A stretch of 64,000 bases of DNA from Podarcis pityusensis (lineage: Eukaryota). The DNA lies in the NCBI GenBank assembly GCA_964106645.2, contig OZ067041.1, one strand, 5' to 3'. The position numbers were made by a program, and so were the translations under genes. A model generated the notes under the pieces. That model was not told where the DNA came from. It saw only the letters and a program-made list of their open reading frames with translations, and ran no database searches. Positions within the stretch are counted from its first letter, which is position 1; each line of letters begins with the position of its first letter. Of the stretch, positions 47,601 through 59,120 are shown piece after piece.

Positions 47601-50600
47601 AGCCTAAAGAGAAGTTTGTCGGTTTGATTATTTTCTGCCATTTCCAGGGAAATGCATTTCACAACTGAGCCATTTGGGTCAATGAGGAAATATGTGCAAT
47701 AAAACATTGTGTACATTAGAGCAAAATATTCTTGTTAAGAACAATCTGCAAGGTACTCTGAAAGAATTTTCTGTATCAATGCCTACTGAAATTATAGTCC
47801 TTTGCATAACATAGGAAAATCTGTGGTGTACACCATAGTTTCACTTGTCACAATAAAGTTGCTGACATTTAGTCATTTATGGAAGGATATTCTGCCCTAA
47901 TACTTTCTGCCAGCGGAAGTATTGTGCTGGACTCATAGATTACATGTCGGGCAGCCATGCTATACCATGGCTAGGCCAGCATAATGTAGCCACAGTCTTA
48001 CGCATTCCCAGCAGCCAAGCAGAAAGTAAAATAATGCTGGTGGAAAACAGAACTTAGCAACAGCAGCAGACACTCCCACACTGTGTTCATGGAAATCTTG
48101 TCACCCATTCACTAAACACAATGTTGTGCACGGCAGCTGACACTCCCACATTATCTGTACATGAAAAGTATCAGTCAGGTTGGCAGGTGCCTCTATGACA
48201 GTTGCACACCAGCCCCTACACAAACACTACAGGCTGGAGAGGAAAGTTGCAGCACATATCTGAAGCCACAAGCTTGAGGCCTCTGGGGAAGCTGATGGTT
48301 TAGATCCGAACTAGGATAAAAATCAGAGGTCTTGCAAAACTTGCCTCTCCTTTGAGACTGGCATTGACAAGTCCCTGACTCCCCCCCCCCCCCCCGGTCT
48401 AGCTCAGGAGGACATATATATGGCATCAGATTGTTACAGCGCATGTTTTCCTCCTGCCTATCTGAGAGCACATGCAGGAGAAGTGCTGCTTAGCATCTGA
48501 CTTGGTTTTCTTGGCATTTGCGAAATACAGCAACTTACTCTGAGTATAGAAATTTCAAGCTAAGGACAGGGTTATAATTTTACAAATTTTAAGTGTTTTG
48601 TGGAATGCAGTGTCTACTGCATTTTGGTAAAGGTTTGTATGTACTGAACATAGTATAAAGCTATAAGATTATTGTCATTACTAGTATACTAGTCTGTATG
48701 TTTTAACTCAGAGATTTTTTTAACATGGCTCATCTTATTTGTATCCACTTGGCACCACACAAAAGCCCCTTGTCTTCATGCAATACTTATGGGCCAGGAT
48801 CCAAGGATCAGCTCCACTTGTTTCACGCTCCCAAAGGTACTTCTTAAGAAGAGCCTACATGTCTGCATACTCCATGTGAAGCCCCTTATGTATCCAGGGG
48901 GTTTCCTAGAGTGGGTGATGCGGATTGGGGAACTGCAAATCAAAGAAAAAAATCCACCAGAATACCATGCCCTAGTCAGGGATCTTGTAACCAGTAGCGA
49001 CTGGTGCCCATTGGGACTGGTGATTTGGAAGGCAGGCAAACCAGCTGCAGGTGGAGATTGAGCCAATGGCAGGCAGGAGTCAGCTCATTCTAATTTTTCC
49101 TTCATCCCCTTCCCTGATGGGTTCTACAAAGGCAACACTGTGAGACTTAAGGTGGCTGAAGCTGACTGAGAGAGCCATTCCCTGGACTGGTAAGAATAAA
49201 GGAAACTGGGAGCTGGCTGAGAACAGACTCAAGTTGGTGGGGCAGCACCTCATTTGCCCCAAAGGACTAGCCTTCCCTGCAGTATCTAATAGCATCTCTG
49301 TGTTGTGTTTCACACTTCTCCTAGCTGCTGAAGAATAATGCAAAACTTTAGGGAAGGAAAACAAACCACACACATATTGTAACACTTTTATTGACTGTGG
49401 GGAAATCCAGAATAATCTATCTATAAGCAAATTTAAGGGTTTTATATGAAATAATCTATTCAGAACAGATGGGAGGCTAGGCATCTAATCCTTGCATCCA
49501 ATGAAATATGGCCATGTTTAAGGGAGGTGTTCAATGTATCTGAGGTCACATCCACTCCATCTAAAGCACATGGCTTGCCCCAAAGAATCCTATAGTGTGT
49601 GTCAAGGGAATTGTAGCTTTGTGAGGAGCAAACTACAGTTCTAAGAACTCTTTGAGGGAAGCCATTCCTGTTAACGGGGCATAAATATGCTTTAAATATG
49701 TGGTGTGGTTGTGACCTGAGCTTCTACTGAGCAGGTAGAGCAAACAGTTTCTCATATATTGTGGATTTTTAAGAGGATATTTACCAAGACCTTTTGCTGG
49801 CACCATAGGAGCCAACTCCTAGGGGTTGTGGAGACTTTGGCCCCCACAATAAAATATTTGAGGGGGCTCGGTGCTCTCAAAGTTGATGGACATTCCCATT
49901 CAAATGGTGTGTGTGCACTGTGTCATGCGATCAATTATGCGAGGGAAGGGCTTACCTGGGCCCCCACAATATTTTATTCAAGTTGGCACCGCTGGGTGCC
50001 ACAGTGCCCCCCCCCCCCCAGTGTAGAACCAATGGTCTGACTCAGTATAAGGCAGCTTCATATTTTCCGGCTTTCCTTTTGCCTATTGAAATTTCACAGT
50101 CCCCCCCTAAGTACCCAGGTGCCATCAGCCCAGCTCAAAGCTACCAGGTCCCGCTATGAGTGGTCATATGAGAGAACTGGTCCTCATGCATGTGGATAGG
50201 ATCCACAACTTGGCCATAAGAACCTTGGGCAGGCCATAACCAATTTCTTATATTTCAGCAACATATCAATACAAGTGGCATAGCTTCTGAGCTGCTGTTT
50301 CCTACTCTCCAGGATTTCAAACGTGAGGCTGGCACAAGGAATAGCTTGCTTGAAATTATATCCAGAATTAAGCCTACTTGTTAAGAAAGACACCAACTAA
50401 GAACTCATTAGCCTGAGGGAAGGCATACATTTTGAAAGGTTCTGTGCAGTGGTATTTCGTGTATCCTCATGATTATCTTTTTCGCATCAAGAAACTAAGA
50501 AGGTCACCACAGGATTGGTCTAATTCCATTAGTTTTGTTTTGTTTTGTTTTACTGAGGCAGTCACCATCTGATTGTTTCCATTTATGATTGTAGAAGGTA

Positions 50601-50602
50601 GG

Positions 50603-50604
<2 letters not shown>

Positions 50605-50640
<36 letters not shown>
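50605..50640. repeat. (GT)18 microsatellite
   Basis: Directly visible. Confidence 0.95.
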
Positions 50641-50644
<4 letters not shown>

Positions 50645-51249
50645 TTGTGTGTTACTGATACGTTTGCCAGTAAAAAGAGAAGATTATTTCACTGTGTTTA
50701 TAAAATCTTTGTTAATCTTTTAAAATGAATTTTCATAGGGTTATTATTGTGATCATTATTATTGTCATGATTTCAGTTCAGAGACTGGGAAAGAGTAATA
50801 AAAAGGGATAGCAAAATACCGAAGCATAGAATTAAACTGTACTCCATGTACACACTGTACCTTTAAAGCACATATTTCCCCTCAAAGAGCTCTGGGCACT
50901 GCAGGGGTACTGAGAACTGGAATTCTGTGTAGGGTTAAACTACAGTGCCCATAATTCTTTGAGGGGGGAAATGTGCTTTGAATGTGTTTTATAGTATGTG
51001 CATAGGTATATCAGGTCAGTGGTCAACTGGCCTGGACACTTAGCTACTTTCCCAAAGGCTGTATAAATCTCCTTGTTTGCCAGTAATTGTTAACATCTCC
51101 TTGATTTAAGCAAAACTTAATTCCAAATGTGTATATGTCACCTGAATTTCTCTTGATTGCATATCAAATAGCAAACTCCAGTCACATCAATTAAATTTGA
51201 TCTTGGTCAATTCTTTAGAAAAGATAGTCAAACATGCAGTTGGCTCTTG

Positions 51250-51600
51250 TATACCCAGTATACCTAAAGGAGCGTCTCCACCCCCATTGTTCTGCCCAGA
51301 CACTGAGGTCCAGGGCCAAGGGCCTTCTGGCAGTTCCCTCACTGTGAGAAGTGAGGTTACAGGGAACCAGGCAGAGGGCCTTCTCAGTGGTGGTGCCCGC
51401 CCTGTGGAACACCCTCCCATCAGATGTCAAGGAAATAAAAAGCTATCTAACTTTTAGAAGACACCTGAAGGCAACCCTGTATCAGGAATTTTTTTATGTC
51501 TAACGTTTTACAATTTTTATGTGCTGGAAGCCGCCCAGGGTGGCTGGGGAGGCCCAACCAGATGGGTGGGGTATAAATAATAAAATTATTATTATAATAA
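51250..51600 (+). mobile_element. L2-type LINE 3' end
   Basis: Encodes ...YLKERL...RAFSVV.PALWN.LP-like L2 C-terminus; (TTA) tail. Confidence 0.8.
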
Positions 51601-53615
51601 CAACAGGCCACCAAAACACCTGTTTTTTTGATTCTGTGAAATCAGTTGCCAATTAAGACTCTGAGCCTTTGCAGATGATAGTTTTTAGCACTTTTCCGTC
51701 AAAGGAAACAGAATACCATTGCTAACACAAAGCTCCATGATCCCCACTTCTCAGAGAAGTAGGACATTCCAAGGGCAGACTTTTACAGGATCTGTTTCCT
51801 TCGGAGAAGATGCACGTGTGATGGTGTGGGGCAGACACAGTAGACATAAAGTTGCGTCAGCAACCTTATAGCTCCCAAGGCTCCTGCTCATTGGCCAGTT
51901 GCAAAAACTTGACTCTCTATCTCTCCCTGGCGACTTTCTAAGGCTGAAAAACTGTTTCTTATAGCCTCATCTTTACAGGTCTTTTTAAGCTCCCAATAAA
52001 TAAGCAACTTTAAAAAGCAAGGCATAGAAAAGCCTAAAGAGATGGACATTTCCTCACTTGACACAATTCCATTTATTTATTTAGTTGCCACTTATGTGCC
52101 AAAGTGGCTTCCATGTGGTTTACAACCATAAAACCAATCCATAATTAAAACACACAGTCCTGTTCACAAATATTCAGTGAACAATAGTCTCCAATCCTGT
52201 AGGAAAGGGTTAGAAAAATACGTGAATTATTGTTATGTATAAAAGAGCTCTTGGGACACTCCCCAAGCACAACAAGTGATATTGTTCATTGCAACACAAA
52301 AGACTTATATAAACAAAGGAGCCTTTATTTTAGAAAATATTTCCATTGCTGTTACTAATGTAAAAAAAATTTCCATAAAAGAGTATAAATTGGCTCTTTC
52401 ATTTTAGAAGAAAAATAAAAATACCCACCCACTTGGTAGCACACATAAGTAAGAGTCCAAAGCAAGGAGTTTGTTTTGAGGCATTTACAGTTTTAGGCAG
52501 CCGCTCAAGAAAAAGTGGGCAGGAGAGAGCAGATTTGGAGGAAAGGGCCTAGAAGCTACATCTTGTGCAGTGCAGTCCCTTTGAAAACATTGATGTGCTG
52601 TATTTGTATTATGTAGCCACAGATTAAACATTTTAAAAGAAGCAGGGAGCTGGAGTGTTTGTTTCATATGCACTTGGGGAGGGGAGAGGGAGAAGGGGTG
52701 TGTGGGAGAGGGGAAGTTAATTCTGTGAAGTCTTCCAGATCTATTTTCTGTGTTCCTGTTATTCACATGGGAAAATAACTGGGCATTCCAACCACATCAT
52801 TTGGCAGAAGCAAAACCTAAATGCTTCAGTTGGAGTTTCAATAAATCAGCACTGAAATTGGCACAGCCACATTTTAAACTCTGGGGCATTCGCTTGACTA
52901 CCCTTTGGATCCCTCTGTTGTCACGAGGCAGTGACTTTTAAAATCTGTTGACGAAGAAGGCAAGGATTTGTATTCACCCTAAGAGGAACAAGTGGCATAT
53001 TATTTTGCATGTTTGAGGGGCAGGAGTGTGTGTGGCAGATTACAAACACTGAACAGAAGGCCAGGATTTCCATATTTCCTTCCCACCTTTATTTCTGCCT
53101 TGAGTATTGGCATGAGAGAAAATATGAGGCCATACATAACCTCCCCCCCCCCCCCCCCGTTGAACTGGTTTCTCTGAGATTGAGTGTATGCGGGAAGTCT
53201 ATATCTGTGTGAATATGCAAAAGGTTAAGAACAGAGATGAGGGCTAGAGCATCACACAGATCCCAGCCCCCAACATCCTCAGGCCTGCTGGCTGCTCTTC
53301 AGACAACATCCCTAGTCATGCTGGCTGCTCTACAGGTTTATCAGGGTTTCCGATCGCAGGAAGATTTCAATCAAAGTGCTTAAAAAACTCTTCAGGCTTT
53401 TGTGCTAATCACATGAAGACTGGAAGAGCAGGCGGTGTTCCTTAGGACACTGTGTGCCTCTGCCTCTTTCCCAGGTTTAATCCTTCATCTGAACATGACC
53501 AGTGGAATTGAGGCTAAAAGCTAATCCCATGGCTATAACATTTAACCTAACTTTTCTACATTTGGTTCTCCCCACCCCTCCCCCAAATTCCACCACTTTC
53601 TGATTTCTGCAACAT

Positions 53616-53941
53616 TGAAATATACTCAGTGGATTTCATACTCTTTATTCTGCTCATAGTAGTGAGGAATGAAAGTTACCCCAAAATATCTGCTTTATAT
53701 ACATTATTTACACAATGGGCCACACATGATTGGCTAATTCCAGGATTCTCCTGTAGGCCAATCAGGTTGCAGATTCACTTCCACCTGGAGCTGGATTGGG
53801 TGGCTCCTGTGGACCAATCAGACTGCTGCATTCTGAATCCTATTGCTCTAGGACCAATCAGACTGCTGCATTTTGGATCCTATTGTTCTAGGACCAATCA
53901 GATTGCTGGATTTTGGATCCTATTCAACTCAGTACATAACA
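53616..53941 (-). mobile_element. Solo LTR (326 bp) with a 40-bp CCAAT tandem array
   Basis: On - it begins TGTTATGTACTGA and ends ...TTTCA; 5-bp TSD AACAT at 53611-53615 and 53942-53946; TATAAA and AATAAA on the - strand. Confidence 0.85.
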
Positions 53942-56775
53942 AACATGCTGCCTGATGAGGAGTGCTTGAGGCTTTGAAAGCTTCAGGACCAGTGCAATCA
54001 TGAGATGAACTGAAACCATTATCTCAAACTGAGTGTGGGAGATGATGACTTGCTCTTCCATCTTTTTGCTGGTCCAGGCCCTAGACATCTTTGCCTATTA
54101 TTTGGCAGGTTTTATTTACCATAGACCAGCTACTATACCTGCAAAATTAATGCACATCTGTCAAAAGTAAAAAATAGTTATAGCTGCAGGTTTTATTATT
54201 TCTTTACTGTAGTTTAAACAAAACTTCAAGCTGCTATGTGTTGGCGATCTCCTAGCCACCTCACTCAGAATGCATTGCTCTGATGAAGGATTCACCCTGG
54301 CCTTTTCTCAGAGTGAAGCAGGTTTTATTTCCCATAGACCAGCTACTATGCCTGCAAATTTAATTTTTTCTTTACTGTAGTTTAAAGTGGCAGTAGTTGG
54401 GAGAACTAGAACTACAAGGCATACACTTTCCATATAAAATCATTCCTTCCGATTACAGGTTTGACCTGGCAGTTACAATGAACCTCTCCCCCTGCCCTCT
54501 GTGGTGTAATTTCTTATACACTAAGGTTAGCCATAGTACTTTCATTTTTAGCAAATGCTTGTCTATAGCAGAGTATTGATGTCTGGGTAGCCAAGGCTAC
54601 ACGGAACACTTCAAAGACTCATGCTGCCTGGTACAAATCCCACTTCACCTCCTGACAAACCCCAAATCCCCCTCAGGCACCTCACTTGAGCTTGGGATTC
54701 AAGATCCATCCAGTGCTGATTAACATTCTCAAGTGGGGAATGCACAACATTATCTATCTAAATGGGGAAATTGTGTGAATATGTGGAACAAAGAACAAGA
54801 CTGCTGTATTAAGTGCATTCTATTTATGCTACACATACTTATACTGAGCAAAACCTGATCATTGTTACCTGTGAGTAATGTTTTGAATTGTACCATTCAC
54901 CTTCCCTATCCCAGGAATGGCACCCTTGACTTCCCAATTCTTTGTGCCCTTTGTTAATACTCCTTGCTTGAGGTAAATTGATGTCCAGTCATGTTGACCC
55001 TTGATATACTGTCAGATTTATTAGCCTCAGTCTAACGTTTATGAGAAGAGGTCATAATTTAGGTTTAGGGATCACTAGTGGTGGTGTAAATCAAACTTTG
55101 TTCATAAGATGGTTAATCGCCATATTTCACTTCTTATCACTTTAGGCAAATAGCATACTATTTAGTATACTGGATCTCAATCAATCAATCTTTATTGTTA
55201 CAATCTCAAATCAGCCGCTAGAATACAGTCAAATGCATACACTCCCCAAAAACCATTTGGGATTACCATCATGACAAGAAAGAGCTAGGATATGCATGTG
55301 CACTGTCACATATTAACATATTGGTTATAATTAATTACAACATTCCAGACTCAGCCTTTATATACTGTACCACCTTGCCAGTGGGTGTGGCATTAACTAG
55401 ATTCTACTATCTACCGTGAGTGGCACAAGGGTTAGCAAATTATTTCAAAGATGAAAAGGACAACCTAGGCATTAAATAGTACAACTATGGAACCTGCAGT
55501 CCAATCTAGAATGCCACCCAAGTTGTTGATCTCCAAAAAATATTTCCATTAGTGACCTCAATAGGGTTTTTTCTGGGACCCAGAAGCCTTTTTTGTTGTC
55601 GTCCCTGCTTTCTGACTGTCTACAAATGTTATTTCAAGACTGGATATGCTAATTCAGATTTTGATTTGCTTCAATCCAATAATTTGAATCACTGTTGGTT
55701 TTCCAGAGCACTCTTAAGTTGCTTAAATTTTGACCCACAATTTATTGACTGCTGCCCTATGGGTTAACTCCTCATTTTAAGGGGGTATGATGCTGTTTCT
55801 GTTAGTCTTCCTTAGCATGAAATTTTCTCGTCAAATAAATATTGTGAGGGAAGCCTTTGATTTTATTTCAAAAATACCGAAATCTGAAGAGACTAACTCA
55901 GATAGCTTCCATACTGTGTGTGACTAACAGGGAGGGGCTCCCTGTGGAGAGGTGCTTCTGTAAGATCAGTCACTGCCTGCCACTGCTACCTCCCAGCTTG
56001 TCCCCTTGCTCAAAAGGAGAGAGGTGCTTAAGAGCCATACTGTTTCATGAGAGTAGGGAAGCAGTGCTTCTCACGCCTGCCAGTCCCTACCCACCAGACT
56101 CACATTTGTTTTCCTTCATGAAACTATAGCATGGATTCAAGCCAAATAAATGTGGGTGTGAAGTTCCAAGCTACAGTATGTGTCAAGTTAGCCTGATTTA
56201 ATGTGTTTTTATTAGAGTCTTCAGTTAAGGAAAGAAAGGAGATAGCTCCTTGATTTGAAAATAAAAGATAAATTGAAGGTGACATTAGTTGCTAACTGAT
56301 CCTAGATTGTTATAGCCTCCAGTGACTAGTCACTAACTTTCATAGGAGCAGAGCATTCTTCAGCGTGTTCTAAGAACATGAGGAAAGGCCCCACTGGATC
56401 TGACAAGCAGTCATCTGCTTGTTCCAGGGTTCTGTTCTGCAACAGCCAATCAGATGCCTATGGGAAGCTCAGAAGAAGGACATGATTGCAAACTCTCTCT
56501 CACTGTATTCTCCTGCAGCTGATATTCAGAAGCATATTGGGAAGTAATGGGTGGCACCATGACTTGTAGCCATTAATACTCATCTCCTTCATGAATCTGT
56601 GTGGTCTCACTTTAGAATGTTTTGGCTCACTTTGAGGATCATGGACCAAAAGATTCCAGGGGGCTTCTGAAGGAGTGAGGGATCTGCTCTGTTACGCTGT
56701 AATTCAACTGGTAATGTGAGCAGCATATTGCACTTAGGATTCATACGAAATATGAGGGCTGTAGCTCAGGAATAG

Positions 56776-57127
56776 GGATGCGGGTGGCACTGTGGGTAAA
56801 ACCTCAGTGCCTAGGACTTGCCGATCGTATGGTCGGCGGTTCGAATCCCCGTGGCGGGGTGCGCTCCCGTCTTTCGGTCCCAGCTCCTGCCCACCTAGCA
56901 GTTCGAAAGCACCCCTAAGTGCAAGTAGATAAATAGGTACCACTTTATAGCGGGAAGGTAAATGGCATTTCCGTGTGCTGCGCTGGTCCTGGCTCGCCAG
57001 AGCAGCTTCGTCACGCTGGCCATGTGACCCGGAAGTGTCTGTGGACAGCGCTGGCTCCCGGCCTCTTAAGTGAGATGAGCGCACAACCCTAGACTGGCCC
57101 GTACGGGCAAGGGTACCTTTACCTTTT
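56776..57127 (+). mobile_element. Sauria SINE, distinct subfamily
   Basis: TSD TAGCTCAGGAATAG at 56762-56775 and 57128-57141; diagnostic differences from the other four full-length copies. Confidence 0.9.
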
Positions 57128-57247
57128 TAGCTCAGGAATAGAGCATTTGCTTTGTATACAGAAGGTCCCAATTTCAATCCCTGGTGTCTGAGCGACTCCC
57201 ATCTGGAATCCTGGAAAGTCACTACCAGTTAGTGTTGTAGGCAATGC

Positions 57248-57820
57248 GGTTATGTTCCACCCCAATCTCTGAGCGGTGAGAGACTCCAGGAGAACCTGTG
57301 ATTTACTCAGGGTTTGGTTTCCTTGGAATGAAGGTCAAAGGAGACTGTGATGTCTTTAGGATGCATGGTTTTATTTACCCATATATGCAACCTATGCATA
57401 GAATGGAGTGGCTCACAACTTTAACATCTTGCTTTCTCCATGAGGTTTACAGAGAAGCTCTAAAGTCCAGCACATGTTCAGTGCATAGCAAGATGTTTCT
57501 CTCTGTCTAGCATTCAGCTTCCAGCTCACACATACAACAACTCTGGCTGTTGTTCTTCTCCCTAGGATCACCTGGCCTCCAGCCAGGTGTGGGGAGAATG
57601 TGTATGTGGAATGCCTACCCTCTTTACCAGAAAGCACCATCACTCAGCTCATACTTTGAAATGCTCATGAGCACTTCACTGGCCAGCTAAACCATTACCT
57701 TGGCAAAGGGACTAGTCTGACAAGCTTCCTCTGGTACATTCTGCCCTCACAGGTACAAGACTACAGGTTTGGAAGAGGACACAGGGTTTCATCCAGACTG
57801 ACCCCTCCAGACTCATAATG
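57248..57820 (-). mobile_element. Older LTR-like element (solo LTR)
   Basis: First ~150 bp are homologous to 63778-63930; AATAAA on -; interrupts the Squam3-like SINE; termini degenerate. Confidence 0.55.
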
Positions 57821-57890
57821 AACCTCAGTTAGATGGATCAGAGGGAAGCTTCCTGTGTTCCTAAGTATGAAGGTATTGTGACATGGAAGA

Positions 57891-58136
57891 TGTTATGTAC
57901 TGAAGTTCTCACCCTGGGCCAGCAGGGGGATACTGTAGATAGTTTTCACTCAGGTCCACGTCAGTTATTTTAGGCGGGAAACCCTGGGTTGTTGTTGCTA
58001 CAATGTTGACAGCCGGCTGCCTATAAAAGCAGGCTGGCTGAGCTGTTTGCTGTTCAGTTCTGTTCCAGCTTAAAAAATAAAGAGCTGCTTTGGAGAAATC
58101 GCTGTGTCGTCTGCCATGTCTACCCACTATTCAACA
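57891..58136 (+). repeat. 5' LTR
   Basis: TGTTATG...TTCAACA; TATAAAA at 58022-58028; AATAAA at 58076-58081. Confidence 0.96.
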
Positions 58137-58137
58137 C

Positions 58138-58155
58138 TGGCAACGAGGATGGGAT
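58138..58155 (+). other. Primer-binding site complementary to the tRNA-Ser(GCU) 3' end
   Basis: TGGCAACGAGGATGGGAT versus expected TGGCGACGAGGATGGGAT (17/18, against the recalled vertebrate tRNA-Ser-GCT). Confidence 0.85.
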
Positions 58156-58318
58156 CGGTGGACATCAGAGCACAGCCAGATGCGGCCATCCTCTGAACTG
58201 AGCTGAATCACAGAGCGAAATCACTGAGTGAAATCACTGGACAGAACCAATTCAGAGCTGACTGTTCTGGCTAGAGCACTGTGTTCCATCCATCGCCCTT
58301 CACGCCAGCATCGGAATC

Positions 58319-59120
58319 ATGGCTTCACTTGTGCCTCTACCGCCATTTGCGCCAGCCTCTGAATCATGGGACTCCTACCTCACTCGGTTCGATTGCTACC
58401 TCCAAGCCAACGAGCTGACAGCAGTATCAAATGAACGGAAGCGGGACCTATTCCTCAGCCTCTGTGGGCCTGAGGTGTTTGAGACGGCCCGAGCATTGGT
58501 TGCGCCTGAAGCAGTCCAGGCAACACCATGGGACACGATCCAAGAGAAGCTCCGCAACCACTACGCGCCAAAGCCTTCCAAGATTGCTGCCCGCCATGCG
58601 TTTTACCACCGGAACCAGGCAGAGGGGGAGTCAATCAGCAACTACACCACTGCCCTCAGACAGGCTGCAATGCACTGCGAGTTCCGAGACTTAGACGATG
58701 CCCTGATGGATCGAATCGTCTGCGGGGTCCGGGACATCCATCTGCAACGGCGTCTCCTCGCCAAGCCAGGCCTCACGCTACAGAAAGCCATTGAGGAGGC
58801 TGTGGCCTCAGAAGCTGCTGAACACTCTGCCCAGGAGATCCGCAAGTCCAGCAGCCCGCGTCTTGCTAGGAAGCCAGTTCCAGTGCATCATGAAGAGGCC
58901 GGCAGTGATGAGGCATCCTCCAGTGAAGACGATGATGTGCACCAGACAAAGCGGGAGCGCAGGAAGTTCCAATAGAAGTCCAAGGGCCAACCGGAATGTG
59001 CCGGCTGCGGAGGCAACCATTCCCGTGCCAAGTGTCGATTCAGAGACGCCATCTGTAGGAAGTGTTCCAGAAGGGGCCACATCGCTAAGGTCTGCCAATC
59101 GGCTCCGTCTGACACCCCCC
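58319..59120 (+). pseudogene. gag: Gypsy gag with premature TAG; double Zn-knuckle downstream in the same frame
   Basis: MASLVPLPPFAPASESWDSYLTRF...; TAG at 58973-58975, then in-frame CAGCGGNHSRAKC and CRKCSRRGHIAKVC. Confidence 0.88.

Larger units (their letters stand above)
56754..57863 (+). mobile_element. Squam3-like SINE split by two younger insertions
   Basis: Head 56754-56775, body 57128-57247, tail CTCAGTTAGATGG...GCTTCCTGTGTTCCTA at 57821-57863. Confidence 0.65.

Noticed and set aside
53811-53924. CRISPR-like array
   Set aside because: Contiguous 40-bp tandem units without unique spacers, inside a eukaryotic LTR
28200-56700. Additional host protein-coding gene in the intergenic region
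   Set aside because: Isolated acceptor-like sites (e.g. ~33223, 42405, 43206, 44479) do not chain into a recognisable ORF; non-coding exons cannot be excluded without RNA data
58973-58975. Gammaretrovirus-style gag stop read-through
   Set aside because: The stop precedes the nucleocapsid knuckles rather than following them, and pol is in a different frame
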